A program made the translations under genes and the position numbers. The notes under the pieces are model-generated. The model searched no databases. It was not told where the DNA came from and saw only the letters and a list, made by a program, of their open reading frames with translations. A stretch of 64,000 nucleotides of DNA from a virus (Duplodnaviria; Caudoviricetes), in the IMG/VR virus record IMGVR_UViG_3300035396_000186, positions 18,210 through 82,209 of that record. One strand, given 5' to 3'. This document shows positions 21,412 through 30,268 of the stretch, piece after piece. The first letter of the stretch is position 1. Every line of letters starts with the position of its first letter.

Positions 21412-21945
21412 TTAACTTACTTCTAAAATACGAATCTCACATGATTTACCAGGCTCACATACAGCCCATAATTCAACTGCTGCAGTATCTTTAATATCTA
21501 ACATTACTTCTTCTCTTTGATACTTAGGATAGCCGTTTATGTACGTTACAGAGCTATTCCCTATGAATATAGTATTTATACCCAATACTCTTACTGAAAT
21601 ACCATTTCTATTAGTAAGAGGTATAGCTGGTATCTTTTGTGCTACATCAGTAACTACCATTGTAGTATTTTTTAATCCAGCAGATAAACCACTAGTTGAA
21701 ACAATACCGCCAATAATATTAACATCTAACCCAGTTTTAGTTAGTATATTACTGACTGATACATAATGACCAGAACCATCACCAATCTTAATACTATCAT
21801 CAATATCTGATATAATAACTTCAAACTTACCACCTTCGATAGTAGCAATTGCATCTGTTCTTAAACGATCGGTATCGTTCTCAAACACACGTTGAAGAAT
21901 TTGTTGTAGATCTAAAGAACTTCTATTTGGATTGGGAGAAGCCAT
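21412..21945 (-). CDS. Virion structural protein, 177 aa
   Basis: Co-oriented; jelly-roll-like C-terminus (RNGISVRVLGINTIFIG). Confidence 0.45.
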   Translation of the reverse strand: MASPNPNRSSLDLQQILQRVFENDTDRLRTDAIATIEGGKFEVIISDIDDSIKIGDGSGHYVSVSNILTKTGLDVNIIGGIVSTSGLSAGLKNTTMVVTDVAQKIPAIPLTNRNGISVRVLGINTIFIGNSSVTYINGYPKYQREEVMLDIKDTAAVELWAVCEPGKSCEIRILEVS

Positions 21946-21956
21946 TTAAACTCCTC

Positions 21957-22238
21957 TTATGCTATACGTTCAGAATAAAGCATTAAATTTCTTGTTCCAT
22001 CAGTATAGACATTTCTTACTTGAAGAATATCAACTCGAACATTCTCATCGTTTAGTTCTGAATATGAATATACTTCAGTATCATTAGCTATTGTAGTTGT
22101 AGTAATTGAAACTGATATCCTACGTCCTACTAAGCCAAAGACCCAGCCTTCTACACTGATAGCACCAGCTTCTCCATATATTTTACGGAGTACCTGTGTA
22201 TGATCATAATCTGTTGTTTGTTTGAATGTTTGTGACAT
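21957..22238 (-). CDS. Small virion-associated protein
   Basis: Co-oriented, GGAG RBS. Confidence 0.45.
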   Translation of the reverse strand: MSQTFKQTTDYDHTQVLRKIYGEAGAISVEGWVFGLVGRRISVSITTTTIANDTEVYSYSELNDENVRVDILQVRNVYTDGTRNLMLYSERIA

Positions 22239-22250
22239 ATTAACTCCTAA

Positions 22251-22553
22251 CTATTTATCGGATTTGGCATCATCTTTAGATTTTTCACCTAAATCAATTG
22301 TTTTACCATCACCTTGCATTTTTCTACCAAAATATAGAGCACTCATACCGAATAATACATAAATACTAGATTGTAGATCTGGACTACCAAATAAGTTAGC
22401 TAGTTTATTAATTAAAGCCAACTGAACTTGAGCAAACGCTATAAGCATCATAGTTAATGATACTGAAGGTTTACCTGTTAGTGGATCACGAATAAACGGT
22501 AGAGGTACACCAAGTCGATTTAATTTGTCCATGAATTCTTTGAACTTTTCCAT
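22251..22553 (-). CDS. Holin-like membrane protein (start re-assigned to 22553)
   Basis: Two hydrophobic segments, charged C-terminus; GAGG RBS and TAACAACT motif upstream of ATG 22553 rather than 22601. Confidence 0.5.
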   Translation of the reverse strand: MEKFKEFMDKLNRLGVPLPFIRDPLTGKPSVSLTMMLIAFAQVQLALINKLANLFGSPDLQSSIYVLFGMSALYFGRKMQGDGKTIDLGEKSKDDAKSDK

Positions 22554-22631
22554 AAAAATCCTCACTTTATCTATAATAGAGTTGTTATTATTGAATATCA
22601 ATAAGTATTATTTATCTAACTAATAAATCGG

Positions 22632-22660
22632 TTGACTTTACTATTTTTCTAATGTAATCT
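22632..22660 (+). promoter_or_regulatory. Sigma70-type promoter of plus-strand cassette
   Basis: TTGACT-N17-TAATCT. Confidence 0.55.
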
Positions 22661-22664
22661 ATTA

Positions 22665-23006
22665 GTGAGCATGGGAAGATCTAACCCGTCATATGATCCG
22701 GTGTTGATATCACTAGTTACCCAAATATCCCTTGTGCATGAGGTTACATGCACTTTTAGGAACATTATGAAATATACTGAAGAACAATTAGACCTATTAC
22801 AAGAACTTATAGCTGATGAGATGGAACGTCTTGTATCTGCAACTAATCAAAGTAATAGAGTATTAACTGAAGAAGAAGTTCGTATATTATTAGATTTAAA
22901 AGTAGATTCGGATGTAACTCCTGAGAAACACGAATGTGTGTGTAGTAGTTATCATCTATTCCAACGAGGTTGTACTTGTGGATTTATGAGGAAAAAGAAT
23001 GTGTGA
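22665..23006 (+). CDS. Small protein with C-terminal CxC...GCxCG motif (true start may be ATG 22787)
   Basis: ECVCSSYHLFQRGCTCG; AGGA RBS before 22787. Confidence 0.5.
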   Translation: MSMGRSNPSYDPVLISLVTQISLVHEVTCTFRNIMKYTEEQLDLLQELIADEMERLVSATNQSNRVLTEEEVRILLDLKVDSDVTPEKHECVCSSYHLFQRGCTCGFMRKKNV

Positions 23007-23256
23007 TCAATCAGATAAACCATTTACTAATGATTTACTAGATACTCTTGATGAGTTACATAAACAAGTTGAATTAATGAAGAATTGTCATAATTGTAAA
23101 CATTACTACTATTGTTGTAAGGGATTTCATCCAGCTAGAATGTTATGTACTAGGTCGTTAAAGTTATTACCCGGGATGCCTTTACCAACTCATGTAGAAT
23201 GTGGTGACTTTTGGGAGTTAAAAGTGTCAGAAAGTGACACTAAGGATATTATATGA
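22999..23256 (+). CDS. Cys-rich hypothetical protein
   Basis: MKNCHNCKHYYYC. Confidence 0.5.
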   Translation: MCDQSDKPFTNDLLDTLDELHKQVELMKNCHNCKHYYYCCKGFHPARMLCTRSLKLLPGMPLPTHVECGDFWELKVSESDTKDII

Positions 23257-23504
23257 GTAGTATATATGATCCAAATAAACTGAACTTTATTAGTTACAAA
23301 GTTACAACAGTATCTGGAAAAGAATATAACTGTATCTCAGTTATCGAGTTTCCTGCTTATTTTGATGAAAATAATGAACGATTTTATGATGCAGTATTAG
23401 AGAGAACAGCAAGCCTAATACATCACAGAATTGATGGTGAAAAGGCTATTATTTGTAATGGGAAAGTTGAATCTATCGAAATAATAAAGACTTGGACAGC
23501 ATAG
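23253..23504 (+). CDS. Hypothetical protein, paralogue A
   Basis: TVSGKEYNCISVIEFPAYF shared with next gene. Confidence 0.55.
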   Translation: MSSIYDPNKLNFISYKVTTVSGKEYNCISVIEFPAYFDENNERFYDAVLERTASLIHHRIDGEKAIICNGKVESIEIIKTWTA

Positions 23505-23528
23505 AGCATTTTAGAATGGAGTAACTTT

Positions 23529-23792
23529 ATGATTAAATTACCAGATGGATGTAACTCGTATAAAATAGAATATACTATATCTACTGTTTCTGGAAAAGAA
23601 TATTCATGTTCAACTATAGTAGAGTTTCCAGCTATTTTTAAGATGAATACCAATAAACTACATGATGACTATTATACTTTGTATGAAAAATTACATAGTA
23701 TATTGTTTCATACATCTAATGATAATAATATGACAACGATAATTAAAAGTGCTGTAGAGTCGATTACAGTATTAACCGTAATTAGACTATAG
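23529..23792 (+). CDS. Hypothetical protein, paralogue B
   Basis: TVSGKEYSCSTIVEFPAIF. Confidence 0.55.
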   Translation: MIKLPDGCNSYKIEYTISTVSGKEYSCSTIVEFPAIFKMNTNKLHDDYYTLYEKLHSILFHTSNDNNMTTIIKSAVESITVLTVIRL

Positions 23793-23893
23793 AATTTGAG
23801 GCTAATGTTAAATATTGAGAGAAATTTAAAGAAATTAACAAAATTTGAGTTAAAGCTAAAGTATTGAAAATAAATTAAAGGAGTTAACATAAT

Positions 23894-24280
23894 ATGTCTC
23901 TAACATTTGAAGAATGGATCGAAGATACTTTAGTTAAATCGCCTTTTTATATGGAAGGAATCGATGAATCTGGAAAAGAATATGTTTCTTTTAAATATGC
24001 ATATCTCGAAGAAATGTGGCAAGGTTATATTGAACATATGAAATTTATTTACGATTCACAACAAGCTATAATTGAAGAATTGGAATATAAATTAACAGAA
24101 TCTGTTCATGGTAAGGAAATGTTAGTTTCGACTTATGAAACCGAAATTCAAAATCTTGAAAAACAGATCAATAAAATGAAGTCATGTGATAACTGTAAAT
24201 TTTCTGATCCTCATATTATGTGTCATTATAGAAAAACATGTAAAAATAATAATCTAAATAATTGGGAGTTTAATAAATGA
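23894..24280 (+). CDS. Coiled-coil protein with C-terminal Cys cluster
   Basis: KMKSCDNCK...CHYRKTC; GGAG RBS. Confidence 0.55.
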   Translation: MSLTFEEWIEDTLVKSPFYMEGIDESGKEYVSFKYAYLEEMWQGYIEHMKFIYDSQQAIIEELEYKLTESVHGKEMLVSTYETEIQNLEKQINKMKSCDNCKFSDPHIMCHYRKTCKNNNLNNWEFNK

Positions 24281-24471
24281 AGAAAGAAGAATTTGTAGCT
24301 TTATCGGAATGGGATAAGATTAAAGAACTAATGTTATTACAACCTGCTGATGAAAAACAAGTTAAGTCTATTATGTTCTTAATTAACGTATTTAGTGCTA
24401 ATAGTTTAGGATTAATACAGAAGCAAGAATATGATAAAGTATTAGACAGTTATATGAAGTTTACGGAGTAG
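24277..24471 (+). CDS. Hypothetical protein
   Basis: ATGA overlap with upstream gene. Confidence 0.45.
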   Translation: MKKEEFVALSEWDKIKELMLLQPADEKQVKSIMFLINVFSANSLGLIQKQEYDKVLDSYMKFTE

Positions 24472-24472
24472 T

Positions 24473-24577
24473 ATGTTCTATATTAATACGATGGAAAGAT
24501 TATTGTATTTCGATTTGTTTCAGACTATTGTAGTAGTTTTGTTTATGTATTTGTTATTGAGAAGGTTTTTGAAGTAG
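24473..24577 (+). CDS. 34-aa membrane peptide (not in ORF track)
   Basis: GGAG RBS; MFYINTMERLLYFDLFQTIVVVLFMYLLLRRFLK. Confidence 0.4.
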   Translation: MFYINTMERLLYFDLFQTIVVVLFMYLLLRRFLK

Positions 24578-24595
24578 GAGGGAATTTCACCCTCC
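24577..24595. terminator. Hairpin between convergent genes
   Basis: GGAGGG-N7-CCCTCC between cassette end and fibre gene stop. Confidence 0.6.
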
Positions 24596-24607
24596 AAATT
24601 AATTAGA

Positions 24608-27565
24608 TTAATCGATCGTTAATGTAAGAAGATTATTTGCAGAAGTTGTACTTAGCGCAATTGCTGATCCTGATATATTTCTACAAGTAACTGCAACAGA
24701 TGTTGTTTTAGTTACAGGATACCCACTAACATTGATTTGCATAGTTGGTGCTTCAAAATTACCAGCTTGAGTCGCTATTGCTACCCATTTATTTTCAGCA
24801 ACAGTTACTCCACCAATAACTAATTGTATAAACAATTCGTCTAAAGCCGTCCAAGCTGTTGATGCTGCAAGTTTAAATGTTGCAGATAAACTTAATTTAC
24901 CAGATCTAGGACAAGAATAAATTCCTGTTGTCTGATTGTATGCAGAATTTGAATCAGAAATTGCATCTTCATAGACAATAGTTGTCACAGTTCCATTTCC
25001 TGGAACTGATAATCCTGCATTAGTAGAATAAGCAGCATAAGATTGAGCATTAGCTGCTATAGTTTGTGGATTATTTATTTTTGTTATTTCCCACCTCGAT
25101 AAATTACTACTGAGAATATCAGCAGTACCTACTTGAGTACTTGCCCATAGTTCGACATAATCATTCACTTTTAAATAAACTTGAATTGCAAATTGTTGGG
25201 TTAGACTTGCTGTTGCCCACCTTGCTAGTACTTCTTTTAAATATACCCCGTTTTTATAAACAAAAATATTCACGGTTGGAGAAGAAGCAAAATTGTAAAT
25301 ATATGCCATGCCGGTAATTGTATATAATCCAGTCTCCTGAATTTTAACTCTAGAATTTGCAGCATCAAAAGCGCCAGTCAGATCTCCAATATTGGATGTA
25401 TCTAAAGTAGATGTTAGTTTCGCCGGAGTTGTTGTTATGGATGATGCAGAAGACATCGCCATTGAAACGCCTATTTGTCTCCCTGGAGCATCTTCACTTA
25501 GAACTAAATTAGATGACCAACCAACAACGGGTAATGTTAGTATTCCACCAAATGAATCACCATTATTGATTACGGAACCATCCAGAAGACCACTCGATAC
25601 AACACTAGTTGGTACTAGAAAATATACAGAAGTCGTAGTTCCGAATATAGCTATTGCTGAATATCTGACTCCTGATTTAAAAAATTCTGCAGCACCTAAA
25701 CCCATATCATTTGTTGCTGACATTTTACTTGAATCTAGCGTAACTCCCGAAGGTAGCGTAATTGACACTGCGCCCGACCCCGGATTTGAGGTATAACTAC
25801 ACCTAAAGTTAATTTCTATTGAATCACCTACCCTGCGATAGTAACAATTATTCGATGCTGGAGTTACTGGAGTAAATGTTGGAGTATAAGTTTTCCAGTC
25901 AGTAACTACCGCTCCTTTAACTCTTGGAGTAGCAGGTCCTACTGAAATATTATCAACATAAACATTAAACGCTGTAGTTGTAGTTGTATTTACAATAAAA
26001 CGTAATTGATATTGAGTTCCTGTAGCACTAGATTGAGAATTAACTGCAATATGATTTACAAGCGTACTAGCATAGATATTAGCATCAGCAGGTTCTATGT
26101 ATGCACTATTAGTTACATCATACAACTTCATTTGCATATAACCGTCTACGTAATTAGCATCACTAAATAAACCATCTAATGAAACTGCAAGTAACGAAGC
26201 TTTATAAGCATTGTCAATAGTAAATGTATTACTATAAACATATTGTCCATTTAAATTAGATGCAGCTTTATCAATTTTCATGCTATTAGCACCAACTAAT
26301 TTAGAAGTAGTATCTAATGATACAACTAAGCTACCAGAAGATGATGTCCAAAAGCTTGTTCCATTTGCAAAATTAGGATCTGATATATAATTAATAATAC
26401 TAGAACTAGATACTTCAACTAATGCATTATCAATAACTTGATATGTTTTCTTTTCATCAGTAGCAAATACTAATTGTCCATTAGCAGCAGTTGATGCATA
26501 AGTAACTAAGTTTGATTTAGTATCTTGTTTCATATCCAATCTGGTTGGAGTTTGAATTGACTTATTAGATAAAGCTTGTGAATCTGTTGTACCTACTACA
26601 TCACCAGTTGGAACTGCTTTTGTATTTGATATAACAATACCACTAGCATCTCTAACAAGAAATTTACTTGCATCTGTAAGATTAGTTTTTAATGTAGATA
26701 AAGCTAAATCTTGAACTGTATTTAAATCACCATCAATAGTTTTATTAGATAAAGCTTGTGAATCAGATGTTCCAACTATATTTCCAGTAACTCCATGAGC
26801 TGATGTTGCTGAAACGTGAGCATCATAACTACATTCTTTAACGAACTTACCCGAAGAGACATCTGTAGCAAATGTTCCTGAAGTATGAGCAATAGCGCAA
26901 CGATATATGAACTCATCAGTATAATATATAAAATCGTCTACTATATAAGATTTACCAGTTATCCATGCTGATATTCCTGAACCACCAGCTTTATATTCAT
27001 TACCAGAAGCATCTTTTAAATATAATGCTCCATCACTTTTTACATAAAGTCTATTCTTTCCAGAAGCAGGATCTGCTGGAGTAGATATCTGATCTAATAG
27101 TAATGAATCACTAAATTCTTTATTACTAAGAGATTGTGCATCAGAAGTTCCAACTACTGAACCTGTAACACCATGTACTCCAGAAGAAGCACCAGTATGT
27201 GCAGTTAATGCTCCAGAAGAAGCAGTATTATTCAATTGTGTTTGGATATTTGATGATACACCATTTAAATAACTAAATTCAGTATTATCAATAACTCCTG
27301 TTCCAAGTTTAGATACATCTATTGCAGCAGTTGCTGAAATATTACTATCTACAATGTTTGAGACAGTATTACTCGACATATCAATAGTTTTATTTGTTAA
27401 TGTAGCACTATGTGCTTCAGTAACGACTGGCGAAGCTGAAGTTCCATTATGGTAGTTTAATTTACCACTAGTTTCATCAACTTGCATTTCACCTTTGGAG
27501 TTTAAACCTAATGCAGTAACTGCTTTAAGCTTAATTCCTAAAAAAAATTGTCTTAAACCTAACAT
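24608..27565 (-). CDS. Long tail fibre/receptor-binding protein, 985 aa
   Basis: Repeats HGVTG(S/N)(V/I)VGTSD(A/S)Q(S/A)LSNK; carbohydrate-binding-like middle; VTDWKTYTPT and C1q-like C-terminal domains. Confidence 0.7.
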   Translation of the reverse strand: MLGLRQFFLGIKLKAVTALGLNSKGEMQVDETSGKLNYHNGTSASPVVTEAHSATLTNKTIDMSSNTVSNIVDSNISATAAIDVSKLGTGVIDNTEFSYLNGVSSNIQTQLNNTASSGALTAHTGASSGVHGVTGSVVGTSDAQSLSNKEFSDSLLLDQISTPADPASGKNRLYVKSDGALYLKDASGNEYKAGGSGISAWITGKSYIVDDFIYYTDEFIYRCAIAHTSGTFATDVSSGKFVKECSYDAHVSATSAHGVTGNIVGTSDSQALSNKTIDGDLNTVQDLALSTLKTNLTDASKFLVRDASGIVISNTKAVPTGDVVGTTDSQALSNKSIQTPTRLDMKQDTKSNLVTYASTAANGQLVFATDEKKTYQVIDNALVEVSSSSIINYISDPNFANGTSFWTSSSGSLVVSLDTTSKLVGANSMKIDKAASNLNGQYVYSNTFTIDNAYKASLLAVSLDGLFSDANYVDGYMQMKLYDVTNSAYIEPADANIYASTLVNHIAVNSQSSATGTQYQLRFIVNTTTTTAFNVYVDNISVGPATPRVKGAVVTDWKTYTPTFTPVTPASNNCYYRRVGDSIEINFRCSYTSNPGSGAVSITLPSGVTLDSSKMSATNDMGLGAAEFFKSGVRYSAIAIFGTTTSVYFLVPTSVVSSGLLDGSVINNGDSFGGILTLPVVGWSSNLVLSEDAPGRQIGVSMAMSSASSITTTPAKLTSTLDTSNIGDLTGAFDAANSRVKIQETGLYTITGMAYIYNFASSPTVNIFVYKNGVYLKEVLARWATASLTQQFAIQVYLKVNDYVELWASTQVGTADILSSNLSRWEITKINNPQTIAANAQSYAAYSTNAGLSVPGNGTVTTIVYEDAISDSNSAYNQTTGIYSCPRSGKLSLSATFKLAASTAWTALDELFIQLVIGGVTVAENKWVAIATQAGNFEAPTMQINVSGYPVTKTTSVAVTCRNISGSAIALSTTSANNLLTLTID

Positions 27566-27574
27566 ATATTCTCC

Positions 27575-28027
27575 TTATTTGGTTGGTAGTGGATACTTAG
27601 CTTTAACTGCCATACAAGCTTGAGCAATTGCTTCTAATTGTGAATTATCACCTAATGCTACAGATTTCATTAATGCATCAAGTTGATCTCCAATTTTAGC
27701 ATATTCTCTTTCTCGTTTAGCATGACATACATCTAGAAGATAATCATAATCAGTAGTTAGATCTACTTTATTTATAATATAATCACAAGCATATGAATAT
27801 TTTCTCATAGGTATATCATCAACACTGATATCTTCAACTGAAACATAATCATCTTCGATTGTACTTTCAGCAACATTATCAGCATGGATAATAATTTCTC
27901 TTGCTTTCTTTCCCCATGAATTTTTATCGATCTGATCAGCAACCCATAAATCACCATCTGACTCTTTCTCAAAACGTGCTCCATATTCGGAACCGTTTTT
28001 CAAGTTTTTAATTTCATACTTAAACAT
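27575..28027 (-). CDS. Tail fibre assembly chaperone-like protein
   Basis: Adjacent to fibre gene; C-terminal KREREYAKIGDQLDALMK...VKAKYP. Confidence 0.5.
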   Translation of the reverse strand: MFKYEIKNLKNGSEYGARFEKESDGDLWVADQIDKNSWGKKAREIIIHADNVAESTIEDDYVSVEDISVDDIPMRKYSYACDYIINKVDLTTDYDYLLDVCHAKREREYAKIGDQLDALMKSVALGDNSQLEAIAQACMAVKAKYPLPTK

Positions 28028-28169
28028 TTGAAACTCCTTTATTTGAAGGAGTAGTATTTGAAAGATAAATAGGGTAAAAATTTGATGAGCGAGGTATTTT
28101 GAACTACGTATTACCCGATTTAAACCAATTCTTCAACTTACTACCACTTCGGTTTAATCTTATATTGTA

Positions 28170-28658
28170 CTAATTGTTTAATACACTCAATGCTCTAAAT
28201 GATATAATTCCTGAATGGTTTATACCACTTATAGCTTCGGTTGTAAAAAACATTTGTCCATTATCGTGCATTATAAAAGTCATTTTAGCATCACCAGCTC
28301 CACCACGAACTATTTCCCATTTGGAACCTGCTGATCTAGTATTATCATAATTTAATTCAAGTTGACCCATTTCTACTAATTCAGTTATTGTAGTTTTTCT
28401 ATATACTGAATAGAAGATAGTGATTGCTCTTACTTCACTTACAGGGAAGAAAAGAGACGGCATTTCAACCTCACTAGAAGTTGGATTATAGGGATCAATG
28501 TTTTGTATTTGTGGTGCAACATCATAAGTCGATATAGCAGCATTTAAGGCTCCTTCTACAGCCTTAGCGAATGTAACCATAGCTGGTGCCCAATCTGGAG
28601 ATTCACCACTTGTTGGAAATTCGATAACTGTACCTTTGATATTGACAGTGATAGACAT
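28170..28658 (-). CDS. Virion structural protein, 162 aa
   Basis: C-terminal domain similar to that of 11921..13459; late motif upstream. Confidence 0.5.
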   Translation of the reverse strand: MSITVNIKGTVIEFPTSGESPDWAPAMVTFAKAVEGALNAAISTYDVAPQIQNIDPYNPTSSEVEMPSLFFPVSEVRAITIFYSVYRKTTITELVEMGQLELNYDNTRSAGSKWEIVRGGAGDAKMTFIMHDNGQMFFTTEAISGINHSGIISFRALSVLNN

Positions 28659-28724
28659 GAATATACCTCGCTAAAAAATGCTCAAATATAGTTGTTAATT
28701 AGCGGATTTTACTATAGAAATGGC

Positions 28725-28985
28725 TTACTTAGATTCTCTACATATTCGTAGGAAGTTCTCACATAGATCAATGTAATAGTCACGGAAATGACCACATGAT
28801 TCTAAAGCTTCAACTTTTTTAACACAAGACTTATGTAAATCTAAACATTTATCTAGTTTAGCTGGAGCTTCTATAGGTTTAACTGATTGATATTCTAATC
28901 GACACTTAATAATAGCAGTAACTAAGGCAATAACGACCATAGTATACTTGATATAACGGATACTTAAGCTATATTTGTTCAACAT
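28725..28985 (-). CDS. Small membrane-anchored Cys-rich protein
   Basis: Hydrophobic N-terminal segment, several Cys. Confidence 0.4.
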   Translation of the reverse strand: MLNKYSLSIRYIKYTMVVIALVTAIIKCRLEYQSVKPIEAPAKLDKCLDLHKSCVKKVEALESCGHFRDYYIDLCENFLRICRESK

Positions 28986-29541
28986 TTAATATCCATCTAT
29001 CTTCATTTGCTAGATTTTCATTCAATCTAGCACTAGTTATCTCGATTATCGGTATATTTACCTTATATTTTTTACATAATCGTTTAAGATGTTTTAATAC
29101 AACACTATCAGCATAAAATCTCATAGAAAGAAATGGAAAGATCTTCGGTAATGCTGTAGCAATAGAGAATTTGTTTCTTAAGTTTAATTCTAAATCCATT
29201 TTATTGAACTCTATATTTAAACCATTAATCTGTTCTATTATATGAAAATCTGGGATAATATCTAGATTAGTTCGAACGTAAACTTTAGTAGTTCTTGGAA
29301 CTGTTGATAGAAGAACATTTAATAAGTTTAAATCTATAAATGGTTCTCCTCCTGTAATAGTAATTGATTCATAATGACGTATTTGAAAATCGAATAAATT
29401 AATACACTTAAACGTATCTAATACTTCAGGTTTTGTGTTTAAACAATCTTCACATCGTCGAGTACATTTAGAAGTGATGAATAGTTTAGAGTGTAGTTTG
29501 TCAGTTTTGAATAAGAATAACTTGTCATTTTTATCATTCAT
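28969..29541 (-). CDS. Radical SAM domain protein
   Basis: CTRRCEDC (CxxxCxxC) and ITGGEP motifs. Confidence 0.8.
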   Translation of the reverse strand: MNDKNDKLFLFKTDKLHSKLFITSKCTRRCEDCLNTKPEVLDTFKCINLFDFQIRHYESITITGGEPFIDLNLLNVLLSTVPRTTKVYVRTNLDIIPDFHIIEQINGLNIEFNKMDLELNLRNKFSIATALPKIFPFLSMRFYADSVVLKHLKRLCKKYKVNIPIIEITSARLNENLANEDRWILNVEQI

Positions 29542-29783
29542 TCTGTATAACTCTTTCTCATAACCTTTCGGATATCATGTATCATATCCTGAGAGGTTCG
29601 ATCTTTTAGATTATTAATATTATCTTTATATAATTCAAGAAACCATTTTTCACCATTTAGAAAAAAGTTTATCGAGTGTCCATAGCATAAGTATACTCTA
29701 TGTTTAGGAAGTTGTCTACCATAGAACTGCATTAGTTTTCCAAGTTCGTCGCATAGTAAACATTTACCTACTGTATCACTCAT
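29538..29783 (-). CDS. Small zinc-finger-like protein
   Basis: CLLC...LCYGHS. Confidence 0.45.
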   Translation of the reverse strand: MSDTVGKCLLCDELGKLMQFYGRQLPKHRVYLCYGHSINFFLNGEKWFLELYKDNINNLKDRTSQDMIHDIRKVMRKSYTE

Positions 29784-29786
29784 ACA

Positions 29787-30164
29787 TTATTTCTTACTTT
29801 CCTTATCTAAGAATTTTCTAACAATAGAAGCTATTGTTTCAGGAACAAAAGGTTTAGTTATCCATACTTTAGCACCTAGAGCTTTAGCCTTAGCTTTCAT
29901 CAAAGGACTATATTCAGATGTTAAAAAGAATATATTTATATAACTAAATTCTGGATTTTTCTTAATAGTTTCACAAAACTTAACGCCATCATCGCCAGGC
30001 ATATTAACATCGAGAATCATTAAATCGATCTTATTGTGACTAATATACTGTAATGCATCAAGTGCGTCTTTAGCTTCAATAACATCTAATCCTTCTTTAA
30101 CTAAAGCTTTTTTAAGAACGGTTCTAACGACTTCCGAATCATCAACGAGTAATATTTTATACAT
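29787..30164 (-). CDS. cheY: CheY-like single-domain response regulator
   Basis: LLVDD acidic pocket, phospho-acceptor D in LDVNMP, LTS, ITKPF all intact. Confidence 0.85.
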   Translation of the reverse strand: MYKILLVDDSEVVRTVLKKALVKEGLDVIEAKDALDALQYISHNKIDLMILDVNMPGDDGVKFCETIKKNPEFSYINIFFLTSEYSPLMKAKAKALGAKVWITKPFVPETIASIVRKFLDKESKK

Positions 30165-30182
30165 AGACTCTCCTGTGATTAT

Positions 30183-30211
30183 ATTATACTAGAACTATTA
30201 GATAAAGTCAA
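30183..30211 (-). promoter_or_regulatory. Sigma70 promoter of cheY-like gene
   Basis: TTGACT-N17-TATAAT on minus strand, AGGAGAG RBS downstream. Confidence 0.75.
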
Positions 30212-30214
30212 CAT

Positions 30215-30242
30215 AAATAAAAAGCCCCTCAGAACGAGGGGC
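30215..30242 (-). terminator. Rho-independent terminator after major capsid gene
   Basis: GCCCCTC-GTTCT-GAGGGGC then TTTTTATTT. Confidence 0.85.
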
Positions 30243-30268
30243 AAATCGTTGAAGATTTTTAGAGCAGA

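Noticed and set aside
22554-22601. Longer N-terminus of holin-like ORF
   Set aside because: The stretch contains the late box and the RBS for ATG 22553.
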